Shown one piece after another: positions 36,010 to 49,400 of a DNA stretch of 64,000 nucleotides. The DNA is from Mytilus trossulus (lineage: Eukaryota). Below the pieces are notes generated by a model, which saw only the letters and a program-made list of their open reading frames with translations, was not told where the DNA came from and did not search any database. Where the stretch lies: the NCBI RefSeq assembly GCF_036588685.1, contig NC_086373.1, positions 112,096,001-112,160,000 on the forward strand, written 5' to 3'. The stretch's first letter is position 1. Each line of letters begins with the position of its first letter. The translations under genes and the position numbers were made by a program.

Positions 36010-38260
36010 GAAGCAACTGTCCACCAGGGATATGTGGTACATTGCCATTGAGGTAACTGTCTTCCTGGTATATGTGGTATGATTGGCAGGGAAGCAACTG
36101 TCCACCAGGGATATGTGGTAAGATTGCCAATGAGGTAACTGTCCTCCTGGTATATGTGGTATGATTGGCAGGGAAGCAACTGTCCACCAGGGATATGTGG
36201 TACATTGCCATTGAGGTAACTATCCTCCTGGTATATGTGGTATGATTGGCAGTGAAGCAACTGTCCACCAGGGATATGTGGTACATTGCCATTGAGGTAA
36301 CTATCCTCCTGGTATATGTGGTATGATTGGCAGGGAAGCAACTGTCCACCAGGGATATGTGGTAAGATTGCCATTGAGGTAACTGTCCTCCTGGTATATG
36401 TGGTATGATTGGCAGTGAAGCAACTGTCCACCAGGGATATGTGGTACATTGCCATTGAGGTAACTATCCTCCTGGTATATGTGGTATGATTGGCAGGGAA
36501 GCAACTGTCCACCAGGGATATGTGGTAAGATTGCCATTGAGGTAACTATCCTCCTGGTATATGTGGTATGATTGGCAGGGAAGCAACTGTCCACCAGGGA
36601 TATGTGGTAAGATTGCCATTGAGGTAACTATCCTCCTGGTATATGTGGTATGATTGGCAGGGAAGCAACTGTCCACCAGGGATATGTGGTAAGATTGCCA
36701 TTGAGGTAACTATCCTCCTGGTATATGTGGTATGATTGGCAGGGAAGCAACTGTCCACCAGGGATATGTGGTAAGATTGCCATTGAGGTAACTGTCCTCC
36801 TGGTATATGTGGTATGATTGGCAGGGAAGCAACTGTCCACCAGGGATATGTGGTACATTGCCATTGAGGTAACTGTCCTCCTGGTATATGTGGTATGATT
36901 GGCAGGGAAGCAACTGTCCACCAGGGATATGTGGTACATTGCCATTGAGGTAACTATCCTCCTGGTATATGTGGTATGATTGGCAGGGAAGCAACTGTCC
37001 ACCAGGGATATGTGGTAAGATTGCCATTGAGGTAACTATCCTCCTGGTATATGTGGTATGATTGGCAGGGAAGCAACTGTCCACCAGGGATATGTGGTAA
37101 GATTGCCATTGAGGTAACTGTCCTCCTGGTATATGTGGTATGATTGGCAGGGAAGCAACTGTCCACCAGGGATATGTGGTAAGATTGCCATTGAGGTAAC
37201 TGTCCTCCTGGTATATGTGGTATGATTGGCAGGGAAGCAACTGTCCACCAGGGATATGTGGTAAGATTGCCATTGAGGTAACTATCCTCCTGGTATATGT
37301 GGTATGATTGGCAGGGAAGCAACTGTCCACCAGGGATATGTGGTAAGATTGCCATTGAGGTAACTGTCCTCCTGGTATATGTGGTATGATTGGCAGGGAA
37401 GCAACTGTCCACCAGGGATATGTGGTACATTGCCATTGAGGTAACTATCCTCCTGGTATATGTGGTATGATTGGCAGGGAAGCAACTGTCCACCAGGGAT
37501 ATGTGGTAAGATTGCCATTGAGGTAACTATCCTCCTGGTATATGTGGTATGATTGGCAGGGAAGCAACTGTCCACCAGGGATATGTGGTAAGATTGCCAT
37601 TGAGGTAACTGTCCTCCTGGTATATGTGGTATGATTGGCAGGGAAGCAACTGTCCACCAGGGATATGTGGTAAGATTGCCATTGAGGTAACTGTCCTCCT
37701 GGTATATGTGGTATGATTGGCAGGGAAGCAACTGTCCACCAGGGATATGTGGTACATTGCCATTGAGGTAACTGTCCTCCTGGTATATGTGGTATGATTG
37801 GCAGGGAAGCAACTGTCCACCAGGGATATGTGGTACATTGCCATTGAGGTAACTATCCTCCTGGTATATGTGGTATGATTGGCAGGGAAGCAACTGTCCA
37901 CCAGGGATATGTGGTACATTGCCATTGAGGTAACTGTCCTCCTGGTATATGTGGTATGATTGGCAGGGAAGCAACTGTCCACCAGGGATATGTGGTACAT
38001 TGACATTGAGGTAACTGTCTTCCTGGTATATGTGGTATGATTGGCAGGGAAGCAACTGTCCACCAGGGATATGTGGTACATTGCCATTGAGGTAACTGTC
38101 TTCCTGGTATATGTGGTATGATTGGCAGGGAAGCAACTGTCCACCAGGGATATGTGGTAAGATTGCCATTGAGGTAACTGTCCTCCTGGTATATGTGGTA
38201 TGATTGGCAGGGAAGCAACTGTCCACCAGGGATATGTGGTAAGATTGCCATTGAGGCAAC
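36010..38260. repeat. 81/82-bp tandem array (dimer of two ~41-bp subunits), ~27 copies
   Basis: gaagcaactgtccaccagggatatgtggta(ag/c)attgccatt + gaggtaact(g/a)tcctcctggtatatgtggtatgattggcagg. Confidence 0.97.
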
Positions 38261-39419
38261 TTAGAAAACACACCATTAAGAGGCAGTACTCAAAGTCACA
38301 AATAACCCAAAGATTTCTTCAAAAAAAATTCGTTTCATTCTTGTTAAAAGTTTAGAAATAAATCGTATATTACAAGTTTTTTGAAAGCACAACTAGTTAT
38401 GGTAATGTGTTTATACTATTCACCAAGACTAAAGAAAAGCATAATTGAATGTATAAAAAAATACCTGGAAAAAATATAGAATTTTATGGGAAAGAAGTGA
38501 CAGCAACAGACATTAAACAGTTTCTCTGCTTGGGTCTTAAATATCTCCAAAAAGTTAAATGAATGGTTCAGAGGTTAGATATTACTGAATATAAAACGAC
38601 CCTAATACATGACATTTTATATCTCATATGAAGTAAATAAACATCTTATATTTCACATCAATCATGTTTTTCTTTGCAAGAACAAATGAAATGCATATTA
38701 TTTTATTTTCTGTACTCACAATCTGAAATAAACCAGGATGAATAAGTATTTTCTTTCACATACCATACAAAAAAAGGATTATCATAAAAAAAAAAGGTCA
38801 CATATTTACATGCTATTTAATTTTACAAAGTGAGGAAGGTTTAAATTACTAATATCTGTTTCTATAGCACACTCAAATTCAGATCAAGAACGAAATTTGA
38901 ATATCTAAACAAGGAAAAATGCTTTCTATTAACAAGAAATCCACAGAATATGACAGTCTTCATTTCAGTTGATGTAAATAAACTACTTAATTGCATACCA
39001 AACATCAAAGCTGTGGTTTAATTCTCAGAATTTGAAAATATTGTTAGTACCATTTACTGGGACGTCTTTTAAATACTGTAAATTCAGAAATTATTACGAT
39101 GTTTTTATTATTGCGAAATTGTGACAGGGTTATAATTGCAATATTTTAAAATAGCATTTGAAATTTTTTATATTAACTAAAAATGATTTTTCTCAAAATC
39201 GCAAAAAATAAATCACATTTTTGTCTAAAATGATAAAATTCAATAATAAATGCAAGCAATAATTTCTTAATTTTCAGAACTGTAAAATTATGTTTATTTT
39301 GGAATGCTTCATTCAGTATAAATTGTTATTTTTTTTCAGTCAAACAATTGTTAAGTGCTGATGATGTGATATTTTACATTTAACTATTGGTTTATTTATG
39401 ACTTATTAGTCTTATTGTT

Positions 39420-40240
39420 AATTGATGTGTTTTACAAGAAAATCTTTTGGTTAAATGTGTCTTTGGCTTGCTGTCTTATTGATGTGTTTTACCGGTACAA
39501 GGAGATCTGTTGGTTATATGTGTCTTTGGCTTGCTGTCTTACTGATGTGTTTTACAGGTACAAGGAGATCTGTTGGTTATATGTGTCTTTGGCTTGCTGT
39601 CTTACTGATGTGTTTTACCGGTACAAGGAGATCTGTTGGTTATATGTGTCTTTGGGTTGCTGTCTACTGATGTGTTTTACCGGTACAAGGAGATCTGTTG
39701 GTTATATGTGAATTTGCATTGCTGTCTACTGATGTGTTTTACCGGTACAAGGAGATCTGTTGGTTATATGTGAATTTGCATTGCTGTCTTATTGATGTGT
39801 TTTACCGGTACAAGGAGATCTGTTGGTTATATGTGTCTTTGGCTTGCTGTCTTACTGATGTGTTTTACCGGTACAAGGAGATCTGTTGGTTATATGTGTC
39901 TTTGGCTTGCTGTCTTACTGATGTGTTTTACCGGTACAAGGAGATCTGTTGGTTATATGTGTCTTTGGGTTGCTGTCTACTGATGTGTTTTACCGGTACA
40001 AGGAGATCTGTTGGTTATATGTGAATTTGCATTGCTGTCTACTGATGTGTTTTACCGGTACAAGGAGATCTGTTGGTTATATGTGAATTTGCATTGCTGT
40101 CTACTGATGTGTTTTACCGGTACAAGGAGATCTGTTGGTTATATGTGAATTTGCATTGCTGTCTACTGATGTGTTTTACCGGTACAAGGAGATCTGTTGG
40201 TTATATGTGAATTTGCATTGCTGTCTTATTGATGTTATTT
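39420..40240. repeat. 61-63-bp tandem array, ~13 copies, decaying to ~40700
   Basis: gatgtgttttaccggtacaaggagatctgttggttatatgtg(tctttggc/aatttgca)ttgctgtct(t)act. Confidence 0.95.
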
Positions 40241-42804
40241 CCATGGAGATCTCTTGGTTAAATGTGGTTTTTGGGTTGCTGTCTCAATGATTTTATTTGC
40301 AAGGATATCTTTTGGTTATTTGTGACTTAGGTTGGAGTCTCTCATTTGAGATCTTTTTAGTTAGACTTTGGGTTGCTGTCTTATTGCTGTACATGTTTTC
40401 CCAAGGAAACCCTTTGGTCATTTGTGTCTTTGCTGTCTTATTGATGTAAAACTGAGAATGGAAATGGGGAATGTATCAAAGAGACAACAACCCGACCATA
40501 GAAAAAACAACAGCAGAAGGTCACCAACAGGTCTTCAATGTAACGAGAAATTCCCGCACCCGGAGGCGTTTATCCAAGGAGATTTTTTTTATATCTGTGA
40601 CTTTTGGCACCAGTCTCTCATTAGTGTCTTTTCCAAGGAAATCTGTTAGTAAAATATGACTTTGGGCTGCTGTCTCATTGATGTGTTTTCCAAGGAGATC
40701 TTTTGTCATAAATTGAATAAGGCTTTATGCACAAGTCATGTCTTCTTTGACTATTAACGACATTAAAATACTAAATCCCTGGGATGTGTTTTAGTTGATT
40801 TTAGTCTCTGATGCATGGTTTTTTATTATTAATTGGTTTTGACTTTTAACTAGCTGTCAGTAACTGCGAGTACTCTCAAATCGTATTTTCTTGTTAATTT
40901 GACCTGTTGATACTGTTTATAATGCTTTCTTGTTATTTTTTGGGAAAAGACGGCTTCAAGCCGTCTTAATCCCAATGGGATTGGACATTGTATCATTCCC
41001 TCACGTCATTCATTCTGTGCAACTTTTTAGGAAACCCCCTCAACATTTCACACTCATTTGCTTATAACTAGATTAACAAATTAACAGACTGTCTTTAAAC
41101 TGATTTCATTTCTAATGCTTGCAAAATTGTAGTATTTCGAGCTCTCACTATTGTTATTTACGTTTATTTTACAATCCGGAAAATCAGTAAATAATTAAAA
41201 ATATCTCATGTGACGTCAAGTTGGGAATTCCACACTTCGCATTGTGTTATGACACTCGTAACTCGCGATGCAATACACAATTGCAATATGAAAAGCCGAG
41301 TAGTTCCGATTGTATGTTATGACATAGAGGGCGTTGCATTCTTATTCGTCACAACTCGGTCGATCTTTCCGTAGAGGCGGAGTCACCCGAAGTTTGCCGA
41401 TTGATAATCGTGTTGACGAATCACATGTTTGAACATGTCGCTTCTCAAAATAGTCCATGAACAATGTAATTTTCTCTCGTCAGATCAACTCGAATTTCAT
41501 TTTTTTTCTTCTCATTTTAGTAATCTTGATACTTTCATAGAATAAGAATGTTTTTATTCTTGATTATCGAGTTATTTAAATTCGAAAAAAAGTAATACGG
41601 CTATACCCACGCGGTGCGTATGTATACAGATAACCCAGCTGCTGCAACCTGCAAGACTAAACTGCCGAGAAAGAAAGAAAAACAAGATATATCGTAAGTA
41701 TATTGTTTAAGAAATATCTCAAGGTTAGACTTGTGTCAATTTAGTAGATTAAACTTCATATTAGTTCATTTCAGGGAGAAATATATACGAGGTGGCCTTG
41801 CAAAATCTTTATCAGTAAATTGACCCCGTCCGCCATTTTGTAAATATTGAACAGCTGTACTTCATCGTTGTTTTGCCACTTAATTTTTACTTGCAATGTT
41901 TCTAAATTATTAATATTCCAAATCTTTTACAAATCACTAGTTTTATTGTGAAGTTCTAATAACTATATAACTATCAGCCTTTGGAAGTGTCCAAACACCC
42001 GCTTACGTAAATATTCTATCTACGCATGCGCAAACAGGTACTTTTTAGTATGATTTTTTAGGTCAAAATTATAAATGATTATTTCCTCTCATCCAGTTGA
42101 TTATATATAAAAAAAAATCTCTGAATCTTTACTTATCATTTTTATAAATATTTTAGTATTGTGATAGTTGAATTTCTAAATAAGTCCCAGCAATCGGAAC
42201 AACTCGGCCTTTCTGGTTGCACGAAGAAATACCTCCCAGCTGATATTTTACATCTACGCATGCGCACAAGCTTTGTTGGGGTCTCGTAAAAGCAGACACA
42301 TAAATTATAATTTGTCTCTCATTATTTAAGAATATATTGTTTTTCTTTTGTATGTTGAAACAGTCTCATAAAAGAAGACATTTGAAAGATACTTTATTGC
42401 CTGTCAGTTTCATTGAAGAATATTTTGGTTTTGTTTCTTATTTTCTCTTGATTGGAAAAAATGTGTTAATTAACTGTTGGATTCAGTTTTCCTTTTTGCA
42501 ATTATGAACTTTTTTGATATGTTTGAATATGTACTGCTTTGTTCAGATTAAGATTATTACGTCCATTTAATTCATGTCCAGCAATTCAGTCTGTGATAGG
42601 AAATTAATTACACTATAAACTTTCATTAAATGGTTTGACATTTTTATAATCAAGGTATAAATCAAGTTCAGTTTCCTTTTTGTATGAATTTTGACATGGT
42701 TGATTAACGTGTAGGTCCTATCTGGAATGAAACTATGTTGTTATTATAATTTCAATTTGTCTTCACAAGTGTCTATTTGTTTCTTAGATATTATATATGT
42801 TGGA

Positions 42805-43262
42805 TCAGGCATGAATGACATGTGTTGTACGTGTATCTAGAATAATATATAATCAAGGTGAATACTTATAACATTGAACTTGGAATGAATACTAGTGATA
42901 ATACAAGAACTCAACACTTCTAGAAATAAGTCTTAGGAATCAATTTCATTATTTTGATAATTCTAACAATAATCAGGCATGAATGACGTGTGTTGTACAT
43001 GTATCTAGAATAATATATAATCAAGGTGAATACTTATAACATTGAACTTGGAATGAATACTAGTGATAATACAAGAACTCAACACTTCTAGAAATAAATC
43101 TTAGGAATCAATTTTATTATTTTGATAATTCTAACAATAATCAGGCATGAATGACATGTGTTGTACATGTATCTAGAATAATATATAATACAAGAACTCA
43201 ACACTTCTAGAAATAAATCTTAGAAATCAGTTTTAATATTTTGATAATTCTTACAATAATCA
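42805..43262. repeat. 168-bp tandem repeat (~2.7 copies) upstream of the transposase ORF
   Basis: tcaggcatgaatgac at 42805, 42973 and 43141; third copy internally deleted. Confidence 0.92.
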
Positions 43263-43462
43263 TTCAAAGTTGGCAAATAATAATTCTAGAATAATTTGAT
43301 CAAGTAGAATGCTTAGACAAGAATTTTGATTGATTATTTGATAAAAATTGAATTAATCTTAGAAAACAATTTCAATTTTACAATTCTTAATAATACAATG
43401 TGCATTCGTTTTGCTTTTCGAAAAGGTTACAGGCATTAAAAGGCATATTGAAGTGCATTTAT

Positions 43463-46400
43463 ATGAAAATGTTGTTCTTATATGGCAATTACCATCAAGG
43501 TGATCAGGTTTTTGGGAATGAATCACGGGGAAGACAATGTATGGCTAATTGTGTAGTGTTCTCGGCATTGTCTGAAACAAAACCTCTACACTTGTGGACA
43601 CAAGAAAAATTGAAAATAATAATGCACATAGGAGATGAAATGTACAAATATGTTCGTCAACATTGTGGTGTAACACATGATTTTTTGTTGTATAACGATA
43701 TTCCTAAACACTTCAGTTTCTTGGGACTAAAATATGCATTGATGAAAGAAGTATCGTATGGAGGTACATTGACAAAAACAATTTTTTATGAAAATAATTT
43801 TTCTATGGCTCTGGAATTTGCTTTCAACCTTATCCTAAGTTCTAGTAATTCCAAATATAGTGCAATACTTATTTTCTGTGACTCAGCAATATCAGTTAGA
43901 AAAAGAAATAATGAATATTACTTGTTTGACCCACACAGTCGTTGCAGAAATGGTCTTCCAATACCAGACGGAGCTTGCCATATTTCAAAATTTGAAAACT
44001 TATCTGCACTGTGCAGCTTTATACGTGATCTTGCCTGCTCTTTGAGTAGCCAAAATTTAGAACAGATTGTATACGAAATGATTAGAGTTGAGGTCAAAAC
44101 CCCTTTGAATGCACGTGGTAAAAACTTTTGTATTTTCAGTTTTAATGTTCTTGCCCGAAACCAAGTCAGATTATCTGAAAAAGAATGTTCAAATGAACAA
44201 CAAACAGTTCAAGTTACCTGTCATTCAGATGTACTAGATAAAAAAAGAAAACGCATAACAAGCTCTCATTCTATTCCACAAAAGCGAAGCAAGCTTGATG
44301 AGGAAGCTTTGACGCACGATATTGTTAAAAAATTCAGTTTGTCAGTACTAGAGGGTCCTTTGTATGTTTGTAGCTCCTGTAGTCAAACATGGTTTAAAGA
44401 AGGTGTAGTACGCATGAGTACTGTCAAAAGTAGCTTCAAATTACTTGAAAAGTGTAAATCTGGTATAAAATCAGTAAACAATATTGAATGGGTATGTCTC
44501 ACATGTAAACGACACTTAATGTCTGGAAAAATTCCCGAATGTTCTGTCGGTAACAATATGAAATTTCCTCCCATACCAAATGAACTGCTTGGCTTGACAA
44601 ACTTAGAGCAAAGACTTATATCTCCAAGAATCCCATTTATGTCAATACGTCAACAACCAAGGGGAGGTCAGCTATGCATGAAAGGTAACGTTGTTAATGT
44701 ACCTGCAGATATTAACAAAACTGTTAGGGTATTACCACGCACTTTAGATAATGATGAAACAGTGTTTGTAAAATTGAAACGTAAGATATCATTCAAACAT
44801 AGTGTTGCTCAAGAAATGATCAGACCTAATAGGGTGATTGATGCAGTTAAGTTGCTAACTAGTAAGAACTTGTTTAAATCTGAAGGTATACATATTGATT
44901 CAAACTGGTCTTTAGAAAGTCGTTCTAATGAAACATGTGAAATGCCTCCATCTGAGGCAGAAACTGACATACATAATTTGTCAAATGATGATTGTGATAG
45001 TTGGGATGAAGAACAGAATCATGAAAATCAACCAAGTGGCAATTTAGACACTATGCTCAATCCGATAGGATTTAGGCAACATAAACAAGTTTTGAATATT
45101 GCACCTGGTGAAGGAAATACTCCCCTTGGCATATTCCAAGATTTCAACAGTGAATTCTTAGCCTTTCCATCAATATACTGTGGTGAAACTCGAATGCCAA
45201 ATAATTTGAGGCATGTGCCTTTACATTACAGTACAATAAGTAAGTGGGAGCTGCGTAATGTAGATAGAAGAGTTGCTATGTCCATCCCAAATATTTTCTT
45301 CAAAATGAAAAAGCTACAGATTAAATATATACAAGACCGAATTCAATTAGCCATCAGAAAATGCAAATTGCAGGGAAAGAAAATAACTGTTAATGATGTA
45401 CTAGCTCCTGGAGCTGTTGATAATTTAATTAAACATAATGAAGGCTATCAAATCCTAAGACAAATAAGAGGTTCAACTGCTTACTGGGAAGTTGCTAAAA
45501 AGGATTTATTTGGTATGATAAGACAACTTGGGATTCCACATTTCTTTGTTTCACTCTCAGCAGCAGAAACTAAATGGAAGAATTTGTTGATAACCCTGGG
45601 AAAGTTAGTAAACAATAAAGAATATTCAACATCAGATGTTGATGAAATGTCCTGGCAAGATAAGTGCCATCTAATTAATTCAGATCCGGTAACTTGTGTT
45701 AGGTATTTTGATTATAGAGTACAAAAATTCCTACACAGTGTAATGATGAGTCCTTTAGAACCAATCGGGAAAATACAGGATTATTTTTACCGGGTTGAAT
45801 TTCAGCAAAGGGGCTCACCTCATATTCATATGGTAGTTTGGGTTGTTGATGGACCTGAGTTAGGGAAAGCAACATCTGAAGAAATAACATCATTTGTAGA
45901 CAAGCATGTTACTTGTGTAAAAGATGAGACAATGACTGAATTAATCAATTATCAAACCCATCGACATGCACGTACATGTAGAAAGAAAGGTCATTCTGTT
46001 TGTCGATTCAATTTTCCAATTCCTCCTATGAGCAAAACCACTCTTTTGCAACCTATAGATTCAGAAGCTGACGTTAAATTCATATCCACATGTAAAAAGA
46101 ATTGTAATAAAATATTAGATAAACTTGATGAAATGAAATATGGCAGTGAAATATCTTTCGAAGAATTTTTGAATGAGTTGAAATTGACTAATGAGGAATA
46201 TTGTAATGCAGTAAGGTCTTCTTTGAAAAGAGCTAAATTATTTCTGAAAAGGAACCCTTCAGAAATAAGAATAAATTCCTACAATTCAATTATGTTGAAA
46301 TGCTGGCAAGCCAATATAGATGTTCAGTTTGTACTTGATCCATATTCTTGTGCTTCATACATAGTCTCATACATCAGTAAAGGTCAAAGAGGGATGTCCA

Positions 46401-49400
46401 ATTTAATGTACAGGGCTTCCCAAGAAGCTAAAGAAAACAATATGGACTTGAAACACCAAATGCGTCATATTTCAAATCAATTCTTAACACATGTTGAAGT
46501 TAGTGCCCAGGAAGCAGCTTATTTTGTTTTACAATTGCCCATGCGAAGATCATCCCGTAGTTTTTTATTTCTTAACACTTGTCCTCCAAGCGAGCGTATA
46601 ACTCTGTTGAAATCTGTTGCTAAACTTGAAGAAATGTCTAGTACCTCAACAAATGTGGAAGCAGACAATGTTGTTAAAAGATACCAGCGACGACCAAAGC
46701 AACTGCTAAAGTTATGCCTGGCAGATTTTGCCTCCTGGTATGATGTATCCTATCCTAAAAAGAACAATCCATGTAAATCTGATAAACTGAATGCATTATC
46801 AGAATTACCAGAGGTAGATGACAATGACTGTTTGGAAGATGACCCCCAACATGAAAATGTAGAAGATCCACAGGAGGAGGAACCTTCAACCTTGCTAGAT
46901 TCGTATGATCACATGCAAAGTTGCCCCGACAAGGAGATCTGTATGTCAGATGGTGGAATACTGAAAAAACGCAAGACTCAAAGAATACTAAAGTATGTTA
47001 GATTCAATAAAGATCATAGCACTGAGAACTATTACCGTGAATTGATAATGTTATTCCATCCATGGGTAAATGAAGAGAGAGACATCCCTGATTCGTACAG
47101 TTTACTTAAACAAATGTATACCCAGAATTCAGTATGTATTGAAAAACAGAAAAAACTATACGAGAGAAACCGAGGCTTAATTGAGCAGGTTGAAAGTTAT
47201 AATGGAGATCAGAATAATTTTGATGACAATATGAATACAGAGTTTATGCCTGAAAATTTGCATGCAGAAGAAAATGATAGATCTGAAGGTTTAACTTTAT
47301 CAGAAAAATATGGCTGTTTCGATCCTGGGAGACCTGAACAATATGATGTTGGCCTGGATATAGGTATAACAAGAAAACAAATAGGTGATGAGGACTGTTT
47401 GATGAAAATGCCCGAAAATGACTATAGGGAATTAGTAAGGAATTTAAACGATGAACAAAAAGGGTACTTCTATCATGTTTTGCATTGGTTTAAAACCAAA
47501 GATGAGCCTGTGTACAACTTTTTGTCAGGTGGTGCAGGTGTTGGAAAATCAGTTTTGATTAGAGCAATATATCAGGGCCTTTTAAGAATTTTGAATATGG
47601 CTCCAGGTTCTAATCCAGATGATGTTAAAGTACTTCTATGTGCTCCAACTGGCAAAGCTGCTCATAACATTGGTGGTAATACCATCCATTCAACCTTTTG
47701 TATACCTGTCAGCAGAGGGTTCTCATACAAACCTTTAGCTATGGAACAGCTTAATACCTACAGATTAAAATATAAAAATCTGAAAGTGGTTATAATTGAT
47801 GAAATATCTATGGTAGGTTGTAAGATGTTCAATTTCATTAATGGTAGGCTTCAGGAAATAATGGGAAACAATCGACAGTTCGGTGGAGTTAGTATAATTG
47901 CTGTTGGTGACTTGTATCAGTTGAAACCAGTGATGGACAGTTGGATATTTCACAACACTGCAACAGAATATGGAAATTTGGCAGCAAATTTATGGCAAGA
48001 TAACTTTAGTTTGTATGAATTGAAAACGATAATGCGTCAAAAGGGAGATCTTGAGTTTGCTGAATTACTTAACAGGTTAAGAGAAGGTCACCATACACAT
48101 TCAGATATAGATACTCTAAAATCAAGATTAGTTGAAACAGAAACTGGTAGTTTATCTTCTATGCCACATCTTTTTACTACTTGTGCAGAAGTTGACACAT
48201 TCAATGAATATGTTTTCTCACAAACTAGTTCAAAAAGTGACACAATTGAATGTATAGATTCAGTGACAGGTGACTTATCAGAAACATTACATGATGATGC
48301 TCTGAAGAGAGTACCAAATGATCCTAGTAAAACAATGGGTTTGTACAAAAACTTGAAAATTGCTGAAGGCCTGCAGATTGAAATTAATTTGAATATAAAT
48401 ATTGAAGATGGTTTAACCAATGGAGCTGCAGGAAAGGTTATGTTATTGGACTATAGAATTGTAAATTCAAGTAGATGTAGTATTATATGGGTGTTGTTTA
48501 ATGACATAGGCATAGGAAAAGAACAGAGACGTCAGTTTCAATACTTGAAAAATGACCAAATTGACAAAACATGGACACCAATATTTGAAGTAACAAGGAA
48601 ATTCCTTATAAACAACAATCAGTCATATCAAATACTCCGTCGTCAGTTTCCTATACGCTTGGCAGCTGCCAAAACCATTCATAAATCACAAGGATCAACT
48701 GTAAACAATTTAGTTGCCCATTTGGGAAGGAGGAAAAATGATCACATGCACTATGTAGCATTTAGCCGTGTTCGAAGTCTTGAAGGATTGCATATACTGC
48801 ATCTCTCAGAAGATAAGATTTCTGTTAGCATTGATGTAACAGTTGAAATGGACAGAATGCGTTCAACAACCAAGGTGTTAAACTCTGTAATTGAACTTCC
48901 AGATCCACAGACTTGGTTAAATATACTTTGCCACAATGTACGATCTTTGCACTTACATATCAAAGATGTAAAAGAGGAGAGTTACTTGAGTTCCTGTGAC
49001 TTAATTGGCATAACTGAATCTCGGTTGAAACCAGAAGAGGCTGATTCTTGTGTTGCTATAACAGGTTTTGCCACACTATACAGACATGATTCTGTTAGTA
49101 ACTCCTTGATTAGACCCCACCATGGCAGTGTTGTCTATTCAAAGCATCAATTATCAAGTACTTATAAAGGAAGACCTGGAGGCATTGAAATCACATCTGC
49201 TGTAATTGTTAAACAAAATACAAGGGTGCGAGTAATATTCTTGTACTGTCCTCCAAAAGTTTCAACTCTGAACAACTTCAGTATTATGATGCAGTCTGTT
49301 TCTTCCTTAATTGAAGAGAAAACAATCCTAATGGGAGACTTCAATGTTGACATTCAAAATAACTGCTCCCTGATAAATTTAATGAAAACCTATGGATTTA

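Noticed and set aside
35843-38276. Overlapping minus-strand ORFs (DSCFPANHTT..., YPWWTVAS...)
   Set aside because: Products of the 81/82-bp array; 82-bp units cycle through all three frames, which is incompatible with coding constraint.
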